NCBI GenBank assembly: GCA_000004985.1
Contig: GG738854.1
Direction: 5' to 3' (one strand)
Source of the DNA: Naegleria gruberi
Taxonomy: Eukaryota
DNA: 64,000 nucleotides
How positions within the stretch are numbered: position 1 is the first letter of the stretch; every line of letters begins with the position of its first letter. A model generated the notes under the pieces. It searched no databases and had not been told where the DNA came from. It was given only the letters and a program-made list of their open reading frames with translations. Below, piece after piece: positions 23,103 through 34,948 of this stretch. Both the position numbers and the translations under genes were made by a program.

Positions 23103-23833
23103 TGCTCCTTTATGTTGTTTACTGAAAAGTATTTACAAGAAAAAACTGGAAGTTGGTGGGAAAAAATGGATAATTACATCAACCTTACTAATCCACAAGT
23201 TCTTACTGTTGGGTTATCTTTCTCTGATATCAAAACACTTTGGCAATTCTATACCAACAATTACCCTCAAAGGAATAAGATTGCACACACTGCAACAAAA
23301 ACAATATCTTTATTTAATGATATATTAAACAAGCTCATTGAAGAATTCCTAAACTGGGCAGAGCAACATGATCCTTTTATTCACACTAAGTGAGTTCACA
23401 GACTACTACTCTCAACACTTCAAGATGATTCAAATGGTCAGACTGCAACTGCACATGAAATAAATATGAATTGATATTTTAATAGCAGATATATGAATGG
23501 TAAAATTACCAGCTCTATTGAGTGAGTTGGTCTGTATCTATGGTTAAGGGATTGAGCGATGATCAATGATCTTTGATACAGAAAGAGTCTTAACAATGAT
23601 TGAGAAAAAATTTCCAAACCCTCTGATTCGTCAAATATGAATAATTCACCAATCAAAATATTGAATTCCTCCATTCAAATTTTTAGTAACTTATCTATTG
23701 CTTCCCATGTGAGTTGTTCTAAATTTGCTCAATTTGAATGATTGTAAGAATGATTGAAATGCGCTCATTCATCTTCTGAATAGTATTAAAAGATAAAAAC
23801 TCTATGATGTTGGTTCGTACCCGTAATCAATTA

Positions 23834-25408
23834 CTAATAAAGAGTTGTTTCTTTGAAATATCTGAATCGTCCAATGAACATGACTCCACATAATAGTAAT
23901 TTAGAAAATGAATTGAAATGTGAACACAGACTTAATTTGCTATTCGAAAGTCCAATAGAAAAACCAGTGTTTGATAACGCACTTGTCACTTCGAATGTAA
24001 TTTCAAATATTAAAGTTGAATAATTGGAAAGTTGAGAAATTTCAGAAATGGAAATTAAAAGTGTAAAGAAAACTAAAGTTAATGATTGAGTTGAAATAGA
24101 ATAGAATATAGTAGAGATTAATTTTGAGAAGAAACTGGATGAAATGTTATAGAAACTTGCATGGTAAGGCTCATTAGATGATATTTCAAGTGATTTTGCA
24201 TCTTGATTTCTGCCAGTTTCGCCCATGGTTGAGTAATTGGAGAAATTCAACATTTCATAAACTCTACACCCCAAATTATAAACCATTTTCGGTTTGATAT
24301 ACATTAGAAATATGTAAAACACCAAAGTTATATTCGAAAGTGATGATAAATCCATTAAGGAAATGCCTGCATTTCTAGCAGAAATTGGAAGAAACAAACT
24401 AATTACAACATTTTCAATTCCTCCTCCATTTTCACTATTTTTCATAGCCAATAATTGAACAGATTCATTCCAGTAGGTAAAAACGAAACCTATCAGAATC
24501 AATAATACATTAGAAACTCCATAAATCCAAGTCTGATATTCCTGATGAGCCATTAATGGACTCATTTGATGACAATTCTCCAAAATATACTTGAAAAGTT
24601 TCTTTCGTTTTGTTGAAATTCTCCAGAAAATCCAAAATATAAATTTCAAAGTTATTGGAAGAAAAACATGTCCCATTAAGATTAATAAGGAAATTGTGGA
24701 AAAGATGATTGGATTGGTAAAGTTTTCAAGGCCTTCATCGAGGAGAGTTGTTCCACAGTTGAGGAATGCAGAGGTGGAAATGAAGAGTCCTAACCAGAAG
24801 GGATTGTTTCCTTTCAGATAAAAGTTATTGGAAAGGTGGAATGAAATACCTAAAATTAAGAAACCCAACAATATAGAAAGAATAAAGAAAGAGTAAATTA
24901 TGATATTTGTCCAAATGATGCTGTAGAATTCAATTTCACTCTCCTGATAATAATCATATTCTTGTTGTAAAGGTTTCTTACAAAGTGACGAAACCCTTCT
25001 TCCAAATCTATTGAACAGTCCTTCGGAAGCAACTCCTGAGAGTTCATCCTCCAATATTTCATCGTCCATACTTTCTTCTTGAAGTACTTTCCTAATCATT
25101 TCATTTCTTGTATTGTAAACTTTACAAATTGTAATCGGAATCATTGTTACGAAAATGGATCCAGTCAACATGGCCAATAACAAACAAATCTGTGAAGATA
25201 CTCGTATATTTTCCAATGAATGATTCAAAAATCCTGTCAGACATATATTCGTTATAGAAATAAACAATGAATCCAGAAATGAAAATTTAGTTTTCACATT
25301 CGAAAGTTCTAAACAATAAAATACAATTCCATATAAAAATCCGCTCACAATCAAGATCAATACATGTATGTATATCGAATATCTACCTAACATACTCTGT
25401 ATCGACAT
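23834..25408 (-). CDS. Trk/HKT-type potassium transporter
   Basis: Pore-loop segments LDSLFISITNICLTGF, FLNCGTTLLDEGL, SARNAGISLMDLSSLS and EVTSALSNTGFSIGLS match the four MPM selectivity-filter glycine segments of Trk/Ktr/HKT transporters; 8-10 hydrophobic helices. The ORF-track start at 25429 is TTG; the first ATG is 25408. Confidence 0.7.
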   Translation of the reverse strand: MSIQSMLGRYSIYIHVLILIVSGFLYGIVFYCLELSNVKTKFSFLDSLFISITNICLTGFLNHSLENIRVSSQICLLLAMLTGSIFVTMIPITICKVYNTRNEMIRKVLQEESMDDEILEDELSGVASEGLFNRFGRRVSSLCKKPLQQEYDYYQESEIEFYSIIWTNIIIYSFFILSILLGFLILGISFHLSNNFYLKGNNPFWLGLFISTSAFLNCGTTLLDEGLENFTNPIIFSTISLLILMGHVFLPITLKFIFWIFWRISTKRKKLFKYILENCHQMSPLMAHQEYQTWIYGVSNVLLILIGFVFTYWNESVQLLAMKNSENGGGIENVVISLFLPISARNAGISLMDLSSLSNITLVFYIFLMYIKPKMVYNLGCRVYEMLNFSNYSTMGETGRNQDAKSLEISSNEPYHASFYNISSSFFSKLISTIFYSISTQSLTLVFFTLLISISEISQLSNYSTLIFEITFEVTSALSNTGFSIGLSNSKLSLCSHFNSFSKLLLCGVMFIGRFRYFKETTLY

Positions 25409-25764
25409 TTTCTTTGTGTTTAATCTCAAGTTTTCTTCTCAGATATTTAAAAGATTTTCTTTCAATAGATTTTTTCCAACCTTTCCTTATTTATAACCTA
25501 ATACTCAACAAGTGAAGATGAAAAAGTATGTCTTATATCAGACATCTTATTATTTTCCTTTCAAAATACCTTTGCATTCGAAGAAAAATTATATGTTTAT
25601 TCAATGAGTTCCTGAGATATTAAAAGCACTTGAAATTTTGGTCATCATCTGTTTATTACAAAGTGATTTATTTCAATTGCTTGTTTATTGTCTCTATGGA
25701 ATTCCTTGATTGCAGTCCAATTGCGATTTCAAGTTTAGTTTGTGAATTAGTTTTGTAATATAAT

Positions 25765-26214
25765 TTATTGGAAAGATGGATTGGTGGCAAAATAATGTTT
25801 GAGAATTGTCTCTTGTTTGGATTTAATTTGATAGGAAACGAAAAAACATCTTGGATGTGAAGGAAGAGTTTCGTCTTTACAAGGTTTAGTTTCTTTTGGT
25901 TTCTCCTCTCTTCTTTTCTTAATTTTCTTAATTTTATGAACGTGTTTAGGATGTTTCCTATGATGATGATGCTTTTTATGAGTAGATTTATGGTACTGAT
26001 GAATTATTTCTTCTTGGCCATTCGAATGATTGCATTCGAAACTTTCCAAAGATGGATGTTTCGTTTTCCTCGAGTGTTTCCTTCTCTCTGAGCAATACAC
26101 TGTTTGTGCAAACTGTATAATCAACACTATTGCTATCAACAATACAATAAATCGTTTCATTTTCTTTTTGAAATTACAAAACATTAATTTTTCATCTTTC
26201 ATTCCACTTTTCAA
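25765..26214 (-). CDS. Small secreted histidine/lysine-rich protein
   Basis: Signal-peptide-like MKRFIVLLIAIVLIIQFAQTVYC followed by HKKHHHHRKHPKHVHKIKKIKKRREEKPKE. Low-complexity, function unknown. Confidence 0.3.
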   Translation of the reverse strand: MKSGMKDEKLMFCNFKKKMKRFIVLLIAIVLIIQFAQTVYCSERRKHSRKTKHPSLESFECNHSNGQEEIIHQYHKSTHKKHHHHRKHPKHVHKIKKIKKRREEKPKETKPCKDETLPSHPRCFFVSYQIKSKQETILKHYFATNPSFQ

Positions 26215-26366
26215 ACATTTCCATTTTTAGCTTTTTCTCAATACTACTCCAACATGTTCTCATAGTATTTTTTTATCAAGATTAGTTTAGTTTCCCATAA
26301 AATCTTCACTTCTTTCAACATCAAATTCCCAACAATTTTTTCACTTTCTAAAATCTCTAATTTTAT

Positions 26367-26726
26367 TTAAATAACACCCTTATACTTCATATCAGAAGCA
26401 CAAATGTGAGTAATCAACCATTGCTTAATAAATTGCATCTCAGCATCTCCAACACTAGTCAAGGCCAAAGCATCCTGAACAAATTTATCATGAGTTTCCT
26501 TATGAGAGGCAGATTCAGACCAACCAGCCTTAGCAAACAAATCTTCTTCAGTCTTGAAGTGGAAAACAACGTAATCTAATAATTCCTTCAATGTTGTGCC
26601 GCAACTTCTCTTGGCATCTAAAGCGTTGATTAAAGTGAAGAGTTTCTTGTGTTGTTCGTTTAATTCAGCATTGCCAATATCGAGAGTGGTTGACCATTCG
26701 TATGGGGTTGGGATTGGATAAGACAT
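26367..26726 (-). CDS. Hemerythrin-like metal-binding protein (bacterial-type single-domain hemerythrin)
   Basis: 119 aa, true ATG, intronless. Spacing of candidate metal ligands fits the hemerythrin four-helix bundle: P..W......IG...LNEQHKKLF..INAL, HFKTEEDLF, HKETHDKF, and ITHICASDMKY (H...H...E, H...H, H....D). Confidence 0.7.
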   Translation of the reverse strand: MSYPIPTPYEWSTTLDIGNAELNEQHKKLFTLINALDAKRSCGTTLKELLDYVVFHFKTEEDLFAKAGWSESASHKETHDKFVQDALALTSVGDAEMQFIKQWLITHICASDMKYKGVI

Positions 26727-27128
26727 TTTTGTTGTTAGTTGTATTGATTGTTTTTTTTGTTTGGTTGATTGGCAGGTGACAGTTGTTGGGGTTTTAAAGG
26801 TTTTTTGTGATCAGAAACTTTAGAAGGTGTGGTTGCAATTTGTCTTTTTTTGGAAATTTTTAGGTTTTTGTCGGATTGTAATGATGTAATTTTACAGAGT
26901 TGACTTGTCGTTGTAGGGAATGTGGCGTGTTAAATGTGACATTATTCGAAACAACGCCAGTTTTTCAAATATGGCGTTCAAAAATTATTTCTCCAAATGT
27001 ACATCCAATCAAAACTCAACAATTACAATTATTCGAATGAAAAATTGTAGTCAAAGATTATAATACAACATTTTAAAGTTTGTTTTTTCCACATGTTGTT
27101 ACAACTGTTTATTCTTCCACAACTAAAT

Positions 27129-28178
27129 TTATTCTTTGAGTTGGAAAAGAGCCCAATCTACTCTTGGTTGAATAGTCTTTCCATCTTCCAACACATTAGA
27201 AATAATGTGTCCAGCAAACATTTCAGTCTTATACTCTGTACCATTATCTTTGACTAAAATTGGAACATTGACGTATCCTCTCGGAATATCTTGTGAATCA
27301 ATCTTTGGCCATGCACCAGGTTTACAATCTCCTTTCCATGTTCCCTCATCTGAAAATACACAGAAAGTTGTAATCCATCCACCCAAATAACGAGGACCTG
27401 ATCCACTACCTGAAAAGTGAGCTACTCTATTCCACCACTCCTTATCTGGATTTCCCTTGATTGATTCTACAAAATGATCCAAAACTGGGAATAATAAAGT
27501 AGACCATTTTTCCATATATCCTTCCTTTGTGTCAAATTCCAATAATCTGTTCGCTCTTTCTCTAATCTTGATCCAGTCCTCAACCTCTCCCAATAATGTT
27601 ACACTTGGCAAGTTACAAAACAAAAAAAACTTGTAATCAAAGTAATTCTTCATAGCAGCCATAAGAACCACTGCTCCAACCATCCTATCATTCTCAGTGG
27701 TGGTAGTAAAGTCTGGCATGACCCATTCTCTTACACTTGGATCCTTAATATTCTGTACAATTTGATTGGTCATATCCAATGAGAGGGAAACATAATCAGC
27801 CGAGAATAAATTACCAGAACCGTAGACTGTTAATTGCTTCTTTCCATCAAAGTCTACAAATTTGTCTCTCAATTCTTCTGACTTTCCATTCACATATTTC
27901 GAAAATTGAGTACAAATAGTAAGCCATACATCATCAGGTCTAATGACCAAATTATTATGATAGGAATAGGCTTGAACAACACTTTTTACAAAAGAATTTG
28001 ATCCCAACATGATCATGGATTCATCTATTTTACCAAAACTTGATATAATCGGTTGCTTTACATAAACTTCCTTTTCTTCAGTCTTTGAAAGATTTCTCTC
28101 CTTTCCAGGAAGAATTTGTTCAGGTTCAAAGGCTTGTTTTGGTTTTAAAGAGAGAGAAAATACAAACTGCAACCTCAA
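27129..28178 (-). CDS. Conserved hypothetical protein; N-terminus uncertain
   Basis: 349-aa ORF whose track start is TTG; the first ATG is internal (MIMLGSNSF...). Motifs [24 protein letters not shown] and EMFAGHI resemble fungal/protist proteins of unknown function. No assignable domain. Confidence 0.4.
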   Translation of the reverse strand: MRLQFVFSLSLKPKQAFEPEQILPGKERNLSKTEEKEVYVKQPIISSFGKIDESMIMLGSNSFVKSVVQAYSYHNNLVIRPDDVWLTICTQFSKYVNGKSEELRDKFVDFDGKKQLTVYGSGNLFSADYVSLSLDMTNQIVQNIKDPSVREWVMPDFTTTTENDRMVGAVVLMAAMKNYFDYKFFLFCNLPSVTLLGEVEDWIKIRERANRLLEFDTKEGYMEKWSTLLFPVLDHFVESIKGNPDKEWWNRVAHFSGSGSGPRYLGGWITTFCVFSDEGTWKGDCKPGAWPKIDSQDIPRGYVNVPILVKDNGTEYKTEMFAGHIISNVLEDGKTIQPRVDWALFQLKE

Positions 28179-28695
28179 TATATAATGAATTCACAACCAT
28201 CGCCTCAGTGACTTTGAATGTAATTGGCATTTTTTTTCTTGAAGTTATATTTTGTAAGTTTTGGAGTTTATTAATAGGAAAAAGGAGTATATATTGATGA
28301 ATGAACCCTTGATGCAAAACGTGATTTGTTCAATCAAGTATTGTATATTTACTATGTATTTCATATTATTCGAATGATTTTTCTGATTGACCATTTATTG
28401 ATTTTCGTGAAAGATTGGTAACTGTGTTGTTTATTATATATTATTAGGAAAATGACCTTTAATTCATATGCTTGGGTTGGGTTTAATTCTTCATGTTGTG
28501 AATGTTATTGTAAGCCTTCGAAGTGCTTCTAACAAATATAGCAATAAAGTTTACTAATGCTAAAATAGCTGTGGCACTAAAACACCACCATTTGCAATCC
28601 GCTAATGTCAATGCAATGAATAGAGGGAAAATAGAAAGCATTGATATCCCAACAATCTTACTATGAAATGAAGATTTCTTTTGTTTAGACTTGGC

Positions 28696-29343
28696 TTAAT
28701 TAAACTTGAAGAAACTCATTACATAATGAACTGCACCAAGTATGGTGCCACTCAAGATATTCACATATGATCCAATTTGACTTAGATTAGAATTGAAAAT
28801 GGCTCCATAATCACCAGTTGAATAATCAGTTTTCAAAAAGAAAAAGTAGATTGACATAACTATGCCTATAACTGAAATGAAAACATGAGGATAATTCTCC
28901 TTAAAGTCATCAAACTGTTCCTCATACGTATGGAAGTGGCTTCTAATTTGGTTAAACAAATGAACTGCAAAAGGTTGAGGAGCAGAACGAGTAGTACTAG
29001 TTTTTCCCTTACTAAAATAGTGAATAATATAGCACAGGATAATATCTCCAAAGTCTACAAAAAATGTCCAATTAGAAAAGTCTCCCATAAAATCAATAAG
29101 GCAATTTACAATAAAAAAACAAAGATAAAAAAAAACTGGCAAAATTGGCATCTCATGGCCAATCTCCAAATAAATATTATAGAAGAAAAAATAGAAAAAT
29201 ATAATTGCCATCAAATTACTACTGGACGTGATGTAATCATATGCACTTCTAATATCGTTGGTCTGTGGATTATAATTCATCAATAACACAACACCTGTGC
29301 AACACAGAGCAAGAACAATTCCAGAAAGCGAAGCCTTGCCCAT
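28696..29343 (-). CDS. Multi-pass membrane protein, function unknown
   Basis: True ATG at 29343 and at least five hydrophobic helices. A hydrophobic ORF continues downstream at about 28500-28690, so the gene may have an extra 3' exon. Confidence 0.4.
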   Translation of the reverse strand: MGKASLSGIVLALCCTGVVLLMNYNPQTNDIRSAYDYITSSSNLMAIIFFYFFFYNIYLEIGHEMPILPVFFYLCFFIVNCLIDFMGDFSNWTFFVDFGDIILCYIIHYFSKGKTSTTRSAPQPFAVHLFNQIRSHFHTYEEQFDDFKENYPHVFISVIGIVMSIYFFFLKTDYSTGDYGAIFNSNLSQIGSYVNILSGTILGAVHYVMSFFKFN

Positions 29344-29906
29344 TTTTTTTGATATCGTGTCGTAATAAACGATTTTTTTTTGATATCTTTCTCATCTATT
29401 AATAGCAGAGATTTGGAATGTCATTACCAGTATTAGAAAATATTATGCTTTTAAAAGATGAATGAAGGAGCTTTGATTATTCTTCTTAATGAAATTGGAT
29501 TTTATTCAAAATATTGTTTGTAATACTGTACTTTACAATATTGAGCCAATGGTAGGTCTAAATATGTGTTCGTAATCATAGTAATGCGACAGCCCATTGT
29601 ATTTGGAAGTATTTGCATGGAGTGATAACATTCTTAAAAAAAACGAAATGAATGTATGTTGATGCTCTGTAATTTATTACTAATATTCTCGTTGTTATTT
29701 GATGATCATCTTTTGATATATTGGTGGATGATGAATATTTGTGATTTTTAATATGTGATGATATTTTGTGTGGATGACGACGGCTAATCAATAATCATCT
29801 TTATCATCATAATGGAATAATTATCTTCTATTAATATGAATAATATTATTTACATGCTATCATCATTCTCCATTATTAACTTCTAACATGTATTATTATT
29901 GCTTTC

Positions 29907-30539
29907 ATGAAAATTATAACAAAACAGCCTAGAAATATTTGCCTCGTTCTCCTCCTTCTCATTGTTGCTCTCGTAGTAGCTCCATCATACCAATTGTCTC
30001 TCTCACCAGAACTTCGTGCCACTTGTTTGGCTGCCATTCAAAGCTATGATAAGTGTACCTTCTATACACAATGTTTGGAAAAGATCAAGCCTTGTGGTCC
30101 TAATGGTTATGCTCTTGGATATGGTTACAAGTATTGTTCTAAATTCTTCTCTGATGTTAATAGAGGAGCTTACAAGAGTGAATATGCTCAAAAGTGGGTT
30201 TCTTCAACTGGTCACTGTTTGCAAAAGTTCTTGATGCAAAATGTTGTTGAAAAGTTGTTGTCTAATACTGGATCTGAATGGAATTGTGAACGTATCATTG
30301 ATGCTAGCTTTAATTCCCATCCTGGATGTTATACTGATTCCATCTCACCTATTGATGGTCAAAAGTATAGTATTTGTAAGCTTAGAAATGTTTTTGATGT
30401 CAAGACTGTTTTGATGACTGTCGATGCTAAGGACTTGTTGACTGCTAGATCTATGAAGCAAATTGTTGGTGTCTTGAAGAATTGTATGTCTGATGTCTTG
30501 TCTTTGGATGAAGTCAATGAATTGAATGATTACCTTTAA
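29907..30539 (+). CDS. Secreted cysteine-rich protein, function unknown
   Basis: True ATG at 29907, signal peptide LVLLLLIVALVVAPSYQ, 10 Cys in 190 aa. Confidence 0.45.
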   Translation: MKIITKQPRNICLVLLLLIVALVVAPSYQLSLSPELRATCLAAIQSYDKCTFYTQCLEKIKPCGPNGYALGYGYKYCSKFFSDVNRGAYKSEYAQKWVSSTGHCLQKFLMQNVVEKLLSNTGSEWNCERIIDASFNSHPGCYTDSISPIDGQKYSICKLRNVFDVKTVLMTVDAKDLLTARSMKQIVGVLKNCMSDVLSLDEVNELNDYL

Positions 30540-30750
30540 ATTATTTTCCAATTAATTAATTATTATTAAATAAATATTAATTTATTACTACATTTAATTA
30601 AATCATATTTCCCTGATGTCTAATACTGCGTAGTCTGAGAATCATGTTAAGAAGAACGATGATGAAGAAAATTCTCTCTTCCACGTAAGTGCCAGCTAAT
30701 ACAATCCAAAAATTATCATCACAACAAATAAAAATTAATTATAAAAAAAT

Positions 30751-31716
30751 ATGAGTGCTTCTACTTCATCACATTCAACTGCTCCAATTAAAACCTTCTC
30801 ATCTGAACATCAGGATATGATCCATGATGCTCAAGCTGATTACTACGGAAAGAGATTGGCCACTTGTTCAAGTGATGCTACAATTAGAATTTTTGATTTG
30901 GCTCCAAGTAATTCTGAGGAACCAAAGTTGGTGGATACTCTCATCGGTCATGAAGGTCCAGTCTGGCAAGTTAGTTGGGCTCATCCACAATTTGGATCGA
31001 TAATTGCCAGCTGTTCCTATGATCATAGAGTTATTATTTGGAAGGAAAATCAACAAACTCACAAATTTACTAAAGTTTTTGAATATAGACTTGAGAGTAG
31101 CGTAAATTCAATCTCTTGGGCTCCTCACGAACATGGACTTCATTTGGCTAGTGCAAGCTCCGACTCACAAATTACATTCTTCTCCTACGATGAACAAAGC
31201 AATAATTGGAAGGTTTCTAATATTAGAGATGCTCACAAAACTGGATGTAACTCTGTTTGTTGGGCTCCTGCATCACACACTGGTGCTTTGGTTCAACAAT
31301 CTTCACAAGATCAACCAGAAAATTTAAAGTTTGTTAAGAGAATTGTTTCAGGTGGAAGTGATAAGCTTGTTAAAATTTGGGAATTCAATGAAAGCTCAAA
31401 CCAATGGCAAATTGAAGCTGAATTGGAAGGACATGACGATTGGGTTAGAGATGTTTCTTGGGCACCAAATATTGGTCTCCCTTATGAAACTATTGCCTCA
31501 TGCTCCCAAGATAAACGAGTTATTATTTGGACTAGAGATCAAAATTCAAACCAATGGAGCAAGCAAATTTTACCTTTCGAAAATGTTGTTTGGAGAGTTA
31601 GTTGGTCATTAACTGGTAATATTTTGGCCATTTCTACTGCTGATAATGAAGTTACTTTGTGGAAGGAAGATGTTAATGGTTCTTTCCAAAAAATTAGTTC
31701 ATTGAGTGACAAGTAA
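30751..31716 (+). CDS. SEC13: Sec13 (COPII coat / nuclear pore WD40 protein)
   Basis: N-terminus ...HQDMIHDAQADYYGKRLATCSSDATIRIFD is the hallmark Sec13 start. Six WD repeats follow (GHEGPVWQVSWAHP, ASCSYDHRVIIW, SVNSISWAP, AHKTGCNSVCWAP, HDDWVRDVSWAP, VVWRVSWSLTG). Single exon, true ATG. Confidence 0.85.
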   Translation: MSASTSSHSTAPIKTFSSEHQDMIHDAQADYYGKRLATCSSDATIRIFDLAPSNSEEPKLVDTLIGHEGPVWQVSWAHPQFGSIIASCSYDHRVIIWKENQQTHKFTKVFEYRLESSVNSISWAPHEHGLHLASASSDSQITFFSYDEQSNNWKVSNIRDAHKTGCNSVCWAPASHTGALVQQSSQDQPENLKFVKRIVSGGSDKLVKIWEFNESSNQWQIEAELEGHDDWVRDVSWAPNIGLPYETIASCSQDKRVIIWTRDQNSNQWSKQILPFENVVWRVSWSLTGNILAISTADNEVTLWKEDVNGSFQKISSLSDK

Positions 31717-31786
31717 ACTGCTTGTGATAATATTTTAAATAAACCTTTTGTAATCTTAATATAATTTTTTCACAATATTTAAATGT

Positions 31787-33262
31787 ATGAATCGATTAAC
31801 AATAGGTAAATCTTCTGTCATCTCCTTACATACATTCAAGATCACAAACTTCCAAGTTCATGGGAATAATAACAGAACAACAAGAACAAAAAAAATGCAA
31901 CCACAAGAAGAAACAAAACGACACACTTTTCAGAGAAGGGTAACAATAACAGATCTCGTATTGATGCAACAACAAGAAGGAAAAGGTAATAATAATAATA
32001 TACAACAAGTGATGAAAAATTACTTGACAATACTATTGGTTTTGATTGCAATTATCATGATGGCTAGTCATCCAATGATGATTCATTGTTTATCATCATC
32101 ATCGGAATATTCCTCCTTTATGAATTCTGATAATCATGGAGATGTTTCAATGGTAGAACAATCAGCTCAAGGAAATGCTGCCCTTCAATCAGCCCTAGAC
32201 GCCTTGAATTACACTTCAACTTTTACTTATTCGGGAAGAATTACAACATTGGACTTGTTGAATGAGGTGATGAAGAATTCATCCCTAGATAGAAATACTG
32301 CTTTGGATTATATTAATAGCTATTATGTTTCTATTAGATTGCCTGTTAGATTTCAAAAATTGACCAATTCAAATGATCTTGTGGAGAGAATTGAAGTTCT
32401 GGCTGTGAATAGAATTAGGAATTCATTCTACTTGATGGTGAATAGTTACAACGTAGAGTCATATTTTCTGGGAAAGAACACAACTGTTGGAAAGACAGTT
32501 CCATTGTTTACCGATTTGACATCACCATATTTCCCAACTGCTTTTGATGGAAAGACTTTTGTAATGGTTTTCAAACCAAATGGTTGGGCAAACATTTTGA
32601 AACAAAGTGATAGTAATGCCACCTCGTCGAGAACTATTCTTCACACTCCACAATTGAAAATGTTCAATCCAACCACCAATTCGAGAAATCATTTCAAAAT
32701 TGTTAATATTATGGGAAAGAATGCTTCCCAAGTGATTAATGTTGATTCTGGAAAATGTTTAACATTTAATGATTTTGGATATTTTAACAACTTGATTGCC
32801 GACTTTCAAGATTGTGATAGTAATAATAGTAATCAATTATATGTTTGGACTGGTACAACTCTGGTTCCACTCTTCTCTAGAAATGGTAATCAATATTATG
32901 CCCTTAAGAGAGATTTCACATTTGGAACTTCATTTATGGAATATTCCAATGATTTCAAATATACAACCATTACTTTACAATTGGTTACACCTGCCAATTA
33001 TGATGTTGTGAGATCACAAAATATTTCTCTAACAGATAGCTCTATTGAGCAATTTTATTCCGACTATTCTCTAGTATTGGACGAAAAATTGGATTCCACA
33101 ATCAAGACATTTGTTTCAAGATCAGTACAGGAAAATACTGATGATAATAGATATCTTAAAGTTATTGGAACAAGGTGGTCAATAGCTCCTTCCTCATTCA
33201 GTAGCAGTTTCATTTATTCTCTTGTATTGTGCTGTTTGGTAATTATTATGCATTTTGTGTAA
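31787..33262 (+). CDS. Membrane-anchored or secreted glycoprotein, possibly with a ricin-B-like lectin region; start uncertain
   Basis: Signal-anchor YLTILLVLIAIIMMAS, many N-x-S/T sites, segment GKCLTFNDFGYFNNLIADFQDCDSNNSNQLYVWTG with a QxW-like motif, C-terminal hydrophobic tail. Confidence 0.35.
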   Translation: MNRLTIGKSSVISLHTFKITNFQVHGNNNRTTRTKKMQPQEETKRHTFQRRVTITDLVLMQQQEGKGNNNNIQQVMKNYLTILLVLIAIIMMASHPMMIHCLSSSSEYSSFMNSDNHGDVSMVEQSAQGNAALQSALDALNYTSTFTYSGRITTLDLLNEVMKNSSLDRNTALDYINSYYVSIRLPVRFQKLTNSNDLVERIEVLAVNRIRNSFYLMVNSYNVESYFLGKNTTVGKTVPLFTDLTSPYFPTAFDGKTFVMVFKPNGWANILKQSDSNATSSRTILHTPQLKMFNPTTNSRNHFKIVNIMGKNASQVINVDSGKCLTFNDFGYFNNLIADFQDCDSNNSNQLYVWTGTTLVPLFSRNGNQYYALKRDFTFGTSFMEYSNDFKYTTITLQLVTPANYDVVRSQNISLTDSSIEQFYSDYSLVLDEKLDSTIKTFVSRSVQENTDDNRYLKVIGTRWSIAPSSFSSSFIYSLVLCCLVIIMHFV

Positions 33263-33433
33263 ATAAATAATTCATTATCACTCTTTAATCTGGATTTTAA
33301 TTTGGCAGTACTGTGAACAGTTTTATGATGACGTTTCTTGAATTGATGCTTAAACTCAATTTTTCAATTTTTTCAAGTTGACTGGAAAATGACAGATAAT
33401 TGTTGCATATAATGAACTGGAAAGAACTAAAAA

Positions 33434-34611
33434 ATGATACAACAGCTGGATAGCGACAGCCTTGCAAATATTCTATCCTTCTTTCCAACGAAAGATTGTT
33501 ATTTCGTCTACTTTAGTTTACAACATTCTTGTAAGAATTTATATAGACAGTTATCAACAAGACAATCACCACTAGAGCCTAAAACTATCCAACAATTTCT
33601 TCATTCCGATCAAGAAAAATTCCATCATCCGATAGTCAATTTCCAGAATTTGAAATTTCACTCAAATTATTGGAAAGTGATTCGAATGAGTGTTTTGATA
33701 AATTGGAACAATTCTTTTCAAATATTTTGGATAAAGACACTGAGAATGAAGAGAGCGTTTATTACGTGAATAGAATTTCAACAGAAGAACACAAGTCAAT
33801 TAGACAATATTTAAAGGAATGGATTGAAAAAGTGCCAAATATCGTTAACAATATTTCAATGAATGTTTGTAGATTGACCAAAGAAATCATTCTTCATTTA
33901 CAAATTGTTAAAGAATGTGATGATAGAAAGGGAATTCCAGGAAGAGTTGTCAATATGAAAGATTGTATCAGTTTATGGAATATTCATACAAAAGTGGAGG
34001 GATTGCATTCAAGAGGAAGACCAATTAATGTTGATGAGTATGGATATGTTCCTCACAATTGGAATCCTATTTATGGATATGTTTATCTAGGTGGAGATAT
34101 TGGAATGTTGCTCTTGTATTATTTGGTGAAGAATTGCTTGGTTGAGTGGATGGAAGAACGAGCAACAATTCAATTAGATATGTTATATGATAAGGAAACG
34201 ATGAAAATATTGAAAGAGCAATGGATTCACAGTGATAGAAGGGAAAGAATTGTGGAATACTTTTTTCAATTGATTGTCAAAAAAAGGCCCATTGAAGGAA
34301 TTCAAGTTTCACAAAATGAAGATTTTATCAAGTTTGAATTTGAAACTCTAAATATGGAAAAGAATATTTGGAAAATGAAAAACAATCAAATATCCTTGCC
34401 AAGATTTCCTTCAACTGAACTATCTCTTATTTCACATGTAAGGCCTCAAAATCTGAGGTTTTTCAAGATTCCACTGCTTGGAAGAGTAGATAATTGGTTT
34501 CTTTCGAATATTTGCGCGAATGCATGGTGTTGTCCTTTGAGTGTTTCAGGAATTTGTTGTAGTTGGTGTTTTACTGATTTATGCTGTTACAAAAGGGTAG
34601 GTTTTAATTGA
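33434..34611 (+). CDS. Hypothetical protein with F-box-like N-terminus and Cys-rich C-terminal tail; internal frame change near 33640-33700 (intron or frameshift unresolved)
   Basis: ORFs 33434-33769 and 33670-34611 overlap in different frames. N-terminal LANILSFFPTKDCYFVYFSLQHSCKNLY is F-box-like. C-terminal CCPLSVSGICCSWCFTDLCCYK may be a palmitoylation-type cluster. Confidence 0.3.
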
Positions 34612-34858
34612 ATCTTATAATTATTGAACATTTGACAGAGTATTGACTTTTCAAAAATTTGGGGATGGCATCACTTTGCTTGCTGTTTGAATTTTCTGTG
34701 TAGATCAGAACACAAAATATGTTTCACACTTAATTTGGATAATTGTTGGATGGTTTGTTTTCCAGAAGGACGAGAAATAATGAGAGAAACCTACACAGAA
34801 GAGGATAAAAGAGATTTATTCTAACATATGGTTTTCATAAATTGAAAGCAACAAAATT

Positions 34859-34948
34859 TGATGCGAGTGGGATTTGAACCCACGCCCTTGCGGAACACGG
34901 TATTAGAATACCTTAACGTGTCGTCTTAGACCACTCGACCATCGCACC
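34859..34948 (-). tRNA. tRNA-Leu(AAG) with 10-nt intron; inverted duplicate of 18291-18380
   Basis: Reverse complement is identical to the plus-strand copy over the tRNA body and intron. About 85 bp of 5' flank (...tcttttaactgttgtcttaac.at.ttgtttgaaatatt.gatgg) is also conserved between the two copies. Confidence 0.85.

Noticed and set aside
25429-25429. ORF-track start positions at 25429, 28178, 56411, 57982, 63976, 9266, 20742, 53585 and similar
   Set aside because: On checking the codon these are TTG or GTG, which are not used as initiators in eukaryotic nuclear genes. Starts were moved to the first ATG, or the ORF was treated as an internal exon.
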